IMG/VR virus record: IMGVR_UViG_2974791771_000001
Coordinates: 1 to 64,000 of that record
DNA length: 64,000 nucleotides
Reading direction: 5' to 3' (one strand)
From: a virus
Taxonomy: Duplodnaviria > Caudoviricetes
In this document: positions 57,065-64,000 of the stretch, piece by piece
Layout: the number at the start of each line of letters is the position of its first letter
How positions within the stretch are numbered: the stretch's first letter is position 1
Program-made: the position numbers and the translations under genes
The notes under the pieces: generated by a model
What the model was told of the DNA's origin: nothing
Database searches by the model: none
The model's input: only the letters and a program-made list of their open reading frames with translations

Positions 57065-57247
57065 GATGCGTAGAGACGTTGGTTACTTCCATTTTAAGGA
57101 CGAGGTTGCGGGTTCGAATCCCGCCTGCGCTATGTTTACCCGAAGGTAGGGCCTGGCATAAAGGCCAGTGGTGGGGTTCGAATCCCCGGCTGTGACGGTA
57201 GCTCAATTGGCAGAGCGCGTAAAAACACCAACACTCGGCAAGTTCCC
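57065..57247 (+). ncRNA. Y-RNA-like unit A2 (YrlA-like permuted tRNA mimic with two T arms)
   Basis: GATGCGTAG..GTTACTTC; T arms at 57108-57124 and 57173-57187; D arm GCTC-AATTGGCA-GAGC after the T arm; 3' CAAGTTCCC. Confidence 0.75.
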
Positions 57248-57270
57248 TGAACGATCAAACATTCCGCCGT

Positions 57271-57339
57271 GATGCGAAGCAAGAACGTTACTTCAACTGC
57301 TGATAGATGAAACCCACACGTTCATGCGCCACAGTTCAC
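57271..57339 (+). ncRNA. Y-RNA-like unit B2 (short)
   Basis: GATGCGAAG..GTTACTTCAA..GATGAAAC..CAGTTCAC; GAACGT/ACGTTC stem. Confidence 0.65.
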
Positions 57340-57371
57340 ACGGCACAATTCAACACACAGGAGCAGAAGGA

Positions 57372-58970
57372 ATGTCGCGCTACAACACCGCCACCAAGGC
57401 CCGACCCGCACAAAAGTCGAGCGCCATCAAGGCAGGTACGAAGCCCAAAACCAACCCACAGGGTGGAACCGGATTCAAGCGCGGCGACGCCAAGTCCGAA
57501 CTGTTCCTTTCCGCTGCAACCTCATTCATGCAGCCCAAATTCTACGAAACCGAGAACGATCTCCGCACGCGACAGCGCAAGCTCATCGCCAAGGTGGCCG
57601 TCTCCGACCCGGAGTGGACCTTCGAGTTCCTGACATGGCTCCGCACCGAAGGCAACCTGCGCACCGGGTCGCTCACCCTGGCCGCTGACGCCGTTTATGA
57701 GCGCCTGAAGGCGGGTAGGTACGAGCACGGCTGGAACCGTGCGATCATCTCCACGGTCCTGCGCCGGCCGGACGAGCCTGGCGAAATGCTTGCCTACTGG
57801 ACCAGCAACTACGGTCGCAACGTGCCGATCTCGGTCAAGCGTGGCATCGCGGATGTCATCGAGGGACAGTACAACGAGCGCAACTTTCTGAAGTACGACA
57901 GTGCCTCTCGCGCCTTCCGGTTCGGTGATGTGATCGAGCTGACCCATCCGAAGATGACGGGCAGCCGGGGTGATCTCGCCTCGTATGCGATCACTGTGGG
58001 TAAGGGCCGTGACGCCGAGATTCCTGATTCTCTGCCGATGATTCGAGAGAATCGCTCACTCCGCGCCACGGGCCTGAGCCCGAAGGTTCGCAAGTTGATC
58101 GCGGATCGAGGTGGCGACCTCTCCCAGGTTCTTGCTGCTGCTGGTATGACGTGGGAAGACATCCCCTCACTCGTCAACGGCCCCTGGACCCCCGAACTGT
58201 GGGAAGCCGCCATCCCCAACATGGGAGTCATGGCGCTCATGCGCAACCTCCGCAACTTCGACCAGGTCGGCATCTCCAAGCAAGCCGCAAAGATGGTCCG
58301 AGACAAACTGTCCGACCGTGAAGCCGTCCTCAAGTCCCGCATCCTTCCCCTCCGCGCACTCAGCGCCTACAAGGCCGTCAGCAACTCCCGCTGGCACGGC
58401 GCACTCGAAGACGCGGTGGACATCACCCTGGACAACGTTCCCGCCCTGAAGGGCCGCACGCTGATCCTCGTGGACTGCTCGGGATCGATGTTCTTCAGCA
58501 ACGGCACCGACCTGAGCTACGCGGAGTCGGCAGCCGTGTTCGGCACCGCGCTCGCCGCCAAGGCTGACAATGCGACTCTCGTGCACTACGGGTCGAACTC
58601 GCGTGAGGTCAAGGTGCCTCGTGGAGCTTCGGTGTTGGAGATGGCCCGCTCGGTGCACAGCATGGGTGGTACGGCCACCGCAGAGGCGATCCAGGCCCAC
58701 TACAACGGCCACGATCGAGTGATCCTGCTGACCGACGAGCAGCACAATGGTGGAGGCTACGGATGGGGCTCACGCTACGTGTCGGCGAGCCCTGGCGACT
58801 ATGTGCCCAAGCACATCCCGCTCATCACCTTCAACCTCGCCGGATACAAACTCGGCGGCGTCAAAGACGAACCCAACCGGCTCACCTTCTCGTCCCTCTC
58901 GGACAGTGCATGGAAGCTGGTCGACATGTTCGGCAACGGCGCAACCGGATGGCCCTGGGAGGCTAAGTGA
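57372..58970 (+). CDS. rsr: Ro60/Rsr TROVE-domain RNA-binding protein with vWA domain
   Basis: ELFL...FYE, RTEGNLRT, MGVMALMRNLRNF, SRILPLR, MIDAS DCSGS, LTDEQ. Confidence 0.92.
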   Translation: MSRYNTATKARPAQKSSAIKAGTKPKTNPQGGTGFKRGDAKSELFLSAATSFMQPKFYETENDLRTRQRKLIAKVAVSDPEWTFEFLTWLRTEGNLRTGSLTLAADAVYERLKAGRYEHGWNRAIISTVLRRPDEPGEMLAYWTSNYGRNVPISVKRGIADVIEGQYNERNFLKYDSASRAFRFGDVIELTHPKMTGSRGDLASYAITVGKGRDAEIPDSLPMIRENRSLRATGLSPKVRKLIADRGGDLSQVLAAAGMTWEDIPSLVNGPWTPELWEAAIPNMGVMALMRNLRNFDQVGISKQAAKMVRDKLSDREAVLKSRILPLRALSAYKAVSNSRWHGALEDAVDITLDNVPALKGRTLILVDCSGSMFFSNGTDLSYAESAAVFGTALAAKADNATLVHYGSNSREVKVPRGASVLEMARSVHSMGGTATAEAIQAHYNGHDRVILLTDEQHNGGGYGWGSRYVSASPGDYVPKHIPLITFNLAGYKLGGVKDEPNRLTFSSLSDSAWKLVDMFGNGATGWPWEAK

Positions 58971-59045
58971 TCGCAGCACTCATCGCATGGAACATCATCG
59001 CAGCCATCGTCGTAATCGGCGGCGCACTCACCCTCGCAAAAGTCT

Positions 59046-59762
59046 TTGAGTGAGCTGCACGATGCCGCGCTGAACTACCTGTACGAAGGATTCAAAGTCT
59101 TCCCGCTATGGCCTGGCGGGAAAACACCACTCATCAAACACGGCCTGCTCGAAGCGACGGACGACCCGGCCATTGTGGACGAATGGTGGGGACGCTGCCC
59201 GCAGGCAAACATTGGGGTGAGGGTGCCGGAACGAGTTGTAGTCATCGACATAGACCCCCGCTCTGGGGGCACACTCGACCAGCTCGGACCAATCCCACGA
59301 ACACGCACAGCAGCAACAGGTGGCGGCGGATGGCATCTCCTATTCAGGCATGTTGGACGAGCACGAGGAAAGCTAGATGATGCCCGTGGTATCGACATCA
59401 AAACTAACAGCGGCTATATCGTTGGTGCGCCAAGCGTTCACGAGTCTGGCCGACGCTATCGCTGGACTGATCGAGGCCCTATCGCGGACCTTCCGGCATC
59501 CTTGCTCCGTCGGGTATCCCCTGCTCCCCCGCAGGTGGTGTGGGACGACCCTGGTGTGGGATCCACCAAGGGATTGGTTGCCACTGTCGCGGATGCGGTT
59601 GAGGGCGAACGGAACCACAAATTCTTCTGGGCTGCGTGTCGGGCCTATCAAGAGGGGGCTGATGCTGAGTTGATGGGCGCGTTGGTAAATGCTGCTCGTT
59701 CGATTGGGTTGACTGAGCGTGAGATTGGGTTGTCTCTGCGTTCCGCTCAGGCCCGCGTATGA
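59046..59762 (+). CDS. Bifunctional DNA primase/polymerase (Prim-Pol)
   Basis: VFPLWPGGKTP, ANIG, VVIDIDPR, GGGWHLLF, GYIVGAPS. Confidence 0.9.
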   Translation: MSELHDAALNYLYEGFKVFPLWPGGKTPLIKHGLLEATDDPAIVDEWWGRCPQANIGVRVPERVVVIDIDPRSGGTLDQLGPIPRTRTAATGGGGWHLLFRHVGRARGKLDDARGIDIKTNSGYIVGAPSVHESGRRYRWTDRGPIADLPASLLRRVSPAPPQVVWDDPGVGSTKGLVATVADAVEGERNHKFFWAACRAYQEGADAELMGALVNAARSIGLTEREIGLSLRSAQARV

Positions 59763-59920
59763 GCCTCGCGATCCATCGCGGTTTCCTCGTCACCTACAGT
59801 GACGGCTCTCAGGCTTTCGCTCTAAATGCCGAGCGAGTGCATGATCGTCTCCACGCCGGGTGGGAGCTTACCGAGATGGTTTTCGATATAGCAGACCCTC
59901 CACTGCCGTTGCTCATGTAA
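59759..59920 (+). CDS. Hypothetical protein, 53 aa
   Basis: Manual translation; ATGA overlap. Confidence 0.5.
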   Translation: MSLAIHRGFLVTYSDGSQAFALNAERVHDRLHAGWELTEMVFDIADPPLPLLM

Positions 59921-59981
59921 GACTGAGTAGAAGTTTCGGCTCCGTTTAATAGACACTCCAACGTCACTCAAACGGGCGCAA

Positions 59982-60118
59982 CGGCTGATAGTCCAATGGA
60001 GCGGTCCTCACATATCGAACTAGCGGGCGTGCACGCCGACGGCTAGCGAATTTCTGTGAAGGGTCCAGGACGCCCCAAATGGTGGAGGAAATGCGGGTTC
60101 GAATCCCGCGAGGCCGAC
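59982..60118 (+). ncRNA. tRNA-like RNA with about 70-nt structured insertion in the D loop
   Basis: CGGCT/GGCCG acceptor-like; GTCC/GGAC D stem; GCGGG-TTCGAAT-CCCGC; anticodon unclear. Confidence 0.5.
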
Positions 60119-60191
60119 CGTGCCCGACTGTGCACGTAAACAGTCCGCAGACGACAATCGGCAGGAACACTGCGGTATCAAAAGTTCCCAC

Positions 60192-60265
60192 CCCATGTAG
60201 CGTTGGTGTAGAGAGCACACTGGTGTGCAAAGCCAGAGGCGTGGGTGCAATTCCTGCACGTGTAC
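60192..60265 (+). tRNA. tRNA-Cys(GCA), degenerate acceptor and D arm
   Basis: CTGGT-GTGCAAA-GCCAG; T loop TGCAATT. Confidence 0.55.
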
Positions 60266-60267
60266 TT

Positions 60268-60340
60268 GCCTTAGAAACCGAATTGGCTAGGTGCCTGACT
60301 TCCAATCAGGATTTTGCGGGTTCGAGTCCCGTCTAAGGCT
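60268..60340 (+). tRNA. tRNA-Gly(TCC)
   Basis: GCCTTAG/CTAAGGC; CCTGA-CTTCCAA-TCAGG; canonical T arm. Confidence 0.9.
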
Positions 60341-60438
60341 CAATGGGACGCCAGAGATAAACACTGGTGCGGTCGAAGCTGACCCGATTCAGAAACCCGC
60401 CGATTCCCGATCACAGGCCGACTGTATAACCGGATCCT

Positions 60439-60509
60439 AGGGTGGTAGCTCAGTGGTAGAGCGGTGGTCTCCAAAACCACGTGCCGGGGTTCGATTCCCC
60501 GTCACCTTG
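60439..60509 (+). tRNA. tRNA-Trp(CCA)
   Basis: GTGGT-CTCCAAA-ACCAC; canonical D and T arms. Confidence 0.92.
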
Positions 60510-60551
60510 CGGTGTTCAGTATCCTTGCAGTTCAACCGGATTGAACGTTCA

Positions 60552-60625
60552 CTCTCCGTAGCTCAGATGGTCAGAGCAGGGCACTCTTAATGCTCGGGTC
60601 GCAGGTTCGAATCCTGCCGGGGAGA
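60552..60625 (+). tRNA. tRNA-Lys(CTT)
   Basis: CTCTCCG/CGGGGAG; GGGCA-CTCTTAA-TGCTC. Confidence 0.93.
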
Positions 60626-60700
60626 CGGCCCTCCTGTTGGGGTTATACGTCAGATCGCTACTGACACAACAGGCCATCAGGTCGGCCTACCTGATGGAAA

Positions 60701-60769
60701 GTCGCATAGTTTAACTGGTGAGAACAGCTTCCCTGTGGGGCGAGTGTCGGTTCGAATCCGGCTGCGACG
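60701..60769 (+). tRNA. tRNA with aberrant anticodon arm (His GTG or Gln CTG ambiguous)
   Basis: GTCGCA/TGCGAC; good D and T arms; anticodon plus variable region about 2 nt short. Confidence 0.55.
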
Positions 60770-61011
60770 CGATGGGGTGGTATTCCCAGTTTGCACAACC
60801 AGTCGACGGTCCGTGCTTGAAAAATGACCAGGGCGGCATTGCAGTGCCAAGTAACCATGACGGACTAAGCCCGATGAAGGCCGTCTAACCCCTCGCTGGT
60901 CAAGCCCTGCAAGGTACGGGCCGGGGACAATTTGGAGCCGTGGTCAAGCGGGACGCGGACTGTCACGAGAAGTGACCCTCACGGCAATGGGGAGGCCATC
61001 TCATTGTCCTT
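60770..61011 (+). ncRNA. Multi-stem structured RNA between tRNAs
   Basis: TGACCAG/CTGGTCA and GGGGACAAT/ATTGTCCTT closing stems enclosing several hairpins. Confidence 0.55.
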
Positions 61012-61012
61012 C

Positions 61013-61095
61013 CCCCACTTGGCGAAATGGGAAACGCGCGGCACTCAAAATGCCGTACCCGAAAGGGTTTGTGAGTTCGACTCTCACAGTGGGGA
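61013..61095 (+). tRNA. tRNA-Leu(CAA)
   Basis: CCCCACT/AGTGGGG; CGGCA-CTCAAAA-TGCCG; long variable arm. Confidence 0.92.
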
Positions 61096-61096
61096 C

Positions 61097-61261
61097 ATGA
61101 CACGCATGATGCGCAAGAACTTCAAACTCATAGGCCGCTGCCACCCCTGGTGCGGAACTATGGACTACCTCGTTGGTCGCGCGAAAGAGAAACGGGACTG
61201 GCAGAAAGAAGCCAATGGCGCTCAATCCACCGCAACTCGCGGACCCAAACGCAATCGATGA
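61097..61261 (+). CDS. Small basic hypothetical protein
   Basis: MTRMMRKNFK..CHPWC..RAKEKRDW. Confidence 0.55.
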   Translation: MTRMMRKNFKLIGRCHPWCGTMDYLVGRAKEKRDWQKEANGAQSTATRGPKRNR

Positions 61262-61469
61262 CCTCCCGCACTTAGAAGCACTGCGCCGCCTGTCGGCAAT
61301 CTCCGCATACACATTCGCCAACGCCACACAGGCCGACTCGGATGTGAACTCAATGGCAACGAAGGGCTGTTGGGCACCACCAATCGAGCACGGTACCTAC
61401 AAGCCGGGTCACACACCTTCGGGTGCGTATGCCCGCCTGATCGGTCTGCTCACCAAGGGAAAGAAGTGA
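61215..61469 (+). CDS. Hypothetical protein
   Basis: Start re-called. Confidence 0.55.
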   Translation: MALNPPQLADPNAIDDLPHLEALRRLSAISAYTFANATQADSDVNSMATKGCWAPPIEHGTYKPGHTPSGAYARLIGLLTKGKK

Positions 61470-61472
61470 CAC

Positions 61473-61661
61473 ATGGCATTTGGTCGTAAGAAGAAGCGCG
61501 CTGAGGACACCTACCGCCCGAACACTTACAGCGGCAGTAGCTACAACGCCCCGTACGGCGGCTACAGCAACAGCGGCTACGACGGTGGTTCGTACACGTC
61601 GTCGTGTGACAACTCTTCGTCCTCGTCGTCCTCGTGCGACAGTGGCGGCGGCGGGTTCTGA
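61473..61661 (+). CDS. Ser/Gly/Tyr-rich small protein
   Basis: YSGSSYNAPYGGYSNSGYDGGS...SSSSSSCDSGGGG. Confidence 0.65.
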   Translation: MAFGRKKKRAEDTYRPNTYSGSSYNAPYGGYSNSGYDGGSYTSSCDNSSSSSSSCDSGGGGF

Positions 61662-61840
61662 TGGGAACCGCGCTAGTGATCGCGGGCATCTTCGGGGGCG
61701 CGCTCTTGATTGGAGCTGCGGTTGCCCTCGTCGCGAAAGCTGTGCTCGACTCGCCCCTGTCGCAGGGAAGCTCAACCTACAAGGGCGGGTTTGACCTCAG
61801 TCACCCCACGGGGGTTGCACTACTGGTGGCGGCAACCTGA
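61661..61840 (+). CDS. Small membrane protein
   Basis: Hydrophobic N-terminus. Confidence 0.55.
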   Translation: MGTALVIAGIFGGALLIGAAVALVAKAVLDSPLSQGSSTYKGGFDLSHPTGVALLVAAT

Positions 61841-61944
61841 TGGGGATCCTTGAAATCATCGGCGCGGCAGCGGTAGTTACAGCTATCGGCTACGTCGCGT
61901 ACGTGGTTGGGCTGGCTGTCGCATTCCATCGCGGCTGGCTGTAG
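61840..61944 (+). CDS. Small membrane peptide, 34 aa
   Basis: TGATG coupling; single TM. Confidence 0.5.
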   Translation: MGILEIIGAAAVVTAIGYVAYVVGLAVAFHRGWL

Positions 61945-61951
61945 GCCACAT

Positions 61952-62022
61952 TCCCTGATCGTCTAACGGCAGGACGCCACGCTCTGGACGTGGAGATCGA
62001 GGTTCGAATCCTTGTCGGGGAG
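61952..62022 (+). tRNA. tRNA-Gln(CTG)
   Basis: TCCCTGA/TCGGGGA; CCACG-CTCTGGA-CGTGG. Confidence 0.92.
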
Positions 62023-62078
62023 CTTGCCCTTGGGATGGGGTGCGGTCGACCGTAACCGCTACACAAATACGGTCACTA

Positions 62079-62161
62079 CTGGGTGCCGCCTACCCTGGTT
62101 TGGCAGCGGCCTGTAAAGCCGTCGCGGAAACGCATTGGGAGTTCAAATCTCTCCACCCAGA
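62079..62161 (+). tRNA. tRNA-Tyr(GTA)
   Basis: CTGGGTG/CACCCAG; GCGGC-CTGTAAA-GCCGT; long variable arm. Confidence 0.88.
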
Positions 62162-62174
62162 CTCAACAGACTAA

Positions 62175-62212
62175 ACGCCAGCAGACATTCACGTGCCTGC
62201 TGGCGTCTTTTG
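62175..62212 (+). terminator. Intrinsic terminator after the tRNA cluster
   Basis: ACGCCAGCAG/CTGCTGGCGT plus CTTTTGTT. Confidence 0.75.
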
Positions 62213-62336
62213 TTGTCTAAGAAAGGTAATCGCTTGGCACTCACTGATGGTCGCTGTGACCGATCAGACCTTCTTCCCGAAGCCTGTTGGTGCCGGGATC
62301 ACCGCAACCTTGAACATGTGGAGGTTCACGAACTCG

Positions 62337-62558
62337 ATGGCTAGCTACTACCAGATCGCGGAGAACGACAAGGATTTCGAGGATGCGGAATGGACTCGCA
62401 TTCGAATGCTCAATGAGGTTCTCAAGACTGTTGAGGGACTTGAACCTGACGGTATTGAGTTCAAATTCCAGACCGGATACTTCGTGAATGGCCGCTTCAA
62501 GGTGGCGGACGATCCGAATTCCGCGTACGTGCTCGTGGAGGCCATCCCCGTTGACTGA
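62337..62558 (+). CDS. Hypothetical protein
   Basis: Start re-called. Confidence 0.55.
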   Translation: MASYYQIAENDKDFEDAEWTRIRMLNEVLKTVEGLEPDGIEFKFQTGYFVNGRFKVADDPNSAYVLVEAIPVD

Positions 62559-63255
62559 CATCCAGTTCCGATCCGACATGGGCGTCCAACTCGTCGGACA
62601 CATGGGCGACGACAGTGCAGTAGCCGCCGCTGCACGCGTCTCAACCGTTGGCGCACAGTCACTCACGGACACCAGTGATTCCGCCGGCCTCATCAATTTC
62701 CTTATGAAGAACCGGCACGGCAGCCCCTTCGAGCATGTGCAGATGACGTTCCTGATCGAGTGTCCGATCTTCGTGGCACGCGAGTTCATGCGGCATCGGA
62801 TCGCCTCGTACAACGAGGAATCGGGCAGGTACAAGCAGCTCGCCCCGGTGTTCTACTACCCCAACGGGAACCGTCCGCTCGTCCAGGTCGGCAAGGCTGG
62901 GGCCTACACCTTTGAGCAGGGGTCCGATCAGCAGGTGGTGCTCACCAGGGGAACCCTCTACAACGCAGCAACACAGGCGTACCGGGACTACCAGTACCTC
63001 CTGGATCAGGGTATCGCCCGCGAGGTTGCCCGGATGCTTCTGCCGCTCAACATCTACACCAGCTTCTACGTCACCATGAACACGCGCGGACTGATGAACT
63101 TTCTGTCCCTCCGCACCAAACGCGAAGGCTCACACTTCCCCTCGTTCCCGCAACAGGAAATCGAGATGGTTGCTGAGCAGATGGAAGAGTACTTCGCTGG
63201 GATTCTTCCGTTGACGTACAAGGCTTTCAACACGAACGGGAGGGTCGCTCCGTGA
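62551..63255 (+). CDS. thyX: Flavin-dependent thymidylate synthase
   Basis: HGSPFEH, RHRIASYNEESGRY, REVARMLLP. Confidence 0.95.
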   Translation: MTDIQFRSDMGVQLVGHMGDDSAVAAAARVSTVGAQSLTDTSDSAGLINFLMKNRHGSPFEHVQMTFLIECPIFVAREFMRHRIASYNEESGRYKQLAPVFYYPNGNRPLVQVGKAGAYTFEQGSDQQVVLTRGTLYNAATQAYRDYQYLLDQGIAREVARMLLPLNIYTSFYVTMNTRGLMNFLSLRTKREGSHFPSFPQQEIEMVAEQMEEYFAGILPLTYKAFNTNGRVAP

Positions 63256-63389
63256 CATCGATTCAGGCTTTGCATGAGCAGCAGGTCGAAGAGGCCCGCA
63301 GGGAAGCGTACGACGAAGGTTACGACACCGGCTACGCGTTGGGGTACGACGCAGGCTTTGAGGATGGAAGCGAGGCCCCGCTTGCCTGA
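63252..63389 (+). CDS. Small protein with GYxxG repeats
   Basis: YDEGYDTGYALGYDAGFEDG. Confidence 0.55.
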   Translation: MTSIQALHEQQVEEARREAYDEGYDTGYALGYDAGFEDGSEAPLA

Positions 63390-63696
63390 CACTGATCGGC
63401 TGCAAAACTGGCTGGGGCAATACTTCTCAGTCGGCAACCGGGTCTGCCGGGGTGCACGAGACGGCAACACGTCCAGCTTCAAGGTTGGCATCGTCGAGGG
63501 TGTCAACGCCGAGAAGCGCAATGTCCGCGTGCATTGGGTTGCTACACCGGCAGGCTGGCGCGACGAGCACACCTACCGGATCATCAACTCGCACAGCACC
63601 TGCAATGTGGACACCCTGTTCCGCCTTGCGGACACGCATCTGAGTGAGGTTGTGGACTACGCGCTCACCGACGTGGCAATGGGGGTCCGTCCTTGA
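63382..63696 (+). CDS. Hypothetical SH3-like protein
   Basis: FSVGNRV..FKVGIVEG; start re-called. Confidence 0.55.
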   Translation: MPDTDRLQNWLGQYFSVGNRVCRGARDGNTSSFKVGIVEGVNAEKRNVRVHWVATPAGWRDEHTYRIINSHSTCNVDTLFRLADTHLSEVVDYALTDVAMGVRP

Positions 63697-64000
63697 CGTT
63701 CCTAACGGCACACAGCGAACAGTTGGTGTCTAGCGCTTGCCGTGACGGCTTCGCCGAAGGCTACGACATGGGTCGCATTGAGGGCTACGGCGAGGGTTGG
63801 CGTAAAGGATTCGACGCCGGCCACGAGGCGCAGGGCGAGGGCACCTACACCGAAAACCAGATTCAGCAGGCCGTGTACGACGTGCTCGACAGCAACCAGT
63901 TTTCCCTATGGCTGCCCAAGCCCTCCAAATCCTCTACCCCGCACGGGAATATCCACCCCGAAGACATCGGCCACATCGGGCGCTGGGTCATCGAGAAACT
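63693..64000 (+). CDS. Protein with GxxxG repeats, truncated by the window end
   Basis: GFAEGYDMGRIEGYGEGWRKGFDAG. Confidence 0.55.
   Translation, partial: MTFLTAHSEQLVSSACRDGFAEGYDMGRIEGYGEGWRKGFDAGHEAQGEGTYTENQIQQAVYDVLDSNQFSLWLPKPSKSSTPHGNIHPEDIGHIGRWVIEK

Noticed and set aside
56856-57339. CRISPR array interpretation of the repeated GATGCG..GTTACTTC motif
   Set aside because: Repeats are degenerate and bipartite, spacers are variable and self-pairing, and no cas genes are present; the PD-(D/E)xK nuclease sits with ERF in a recombination module.
60871-60877. CCGATGA resembling a hammerhead core
   Set aside because: Not CUGANGA, and no correctly placed GAAA.
1-64000. Reverse transcriptase (retron/DGR), DNA polymerase, cas genes, rRNA
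   Set aside because: No YADD/RT, polymerase, Cas or rRNA signatures were seen in the window.

Overview
Most of the genome of a temperate actinobacterial siphovirus. The host is probably a mycolic-acid actinomycete such as Gordonia, Rhodococcus or Mycobacterium; this is inferred from Lsr2, WhiB, the split lysin A and the tRNA-Leu att core. Layout: leftward accessory genes, a tyrosine integrase and attP (1-4.8 kb); terminase, head, tail and lysis genes (5-32 kb); lsr2, repressor, cro and xis (32-34.6 kb); a ~650-nt highly structured non-coding region (34.6-35.25 kb); recombination, replication and methylation genes (35-50 kb). From 50 to 62 kb lies a dense putative counter-defence island: Pnk, Rnl2-type RNA ligase, PRS-like plus Nampt-like genes (NARP1-type NAD+ reconstitution), a Pol-beta/RlaP-like nucleotidyltransferase, an array of Y-RNA-like, tRNA-mimicking units directly upstream of a Ro60/TROVE gene, and a tRNA cluster interleaved with structured non-tRNA RNAs. 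All calls come from manual motif reading and base-pair inspection; no database searches were run.
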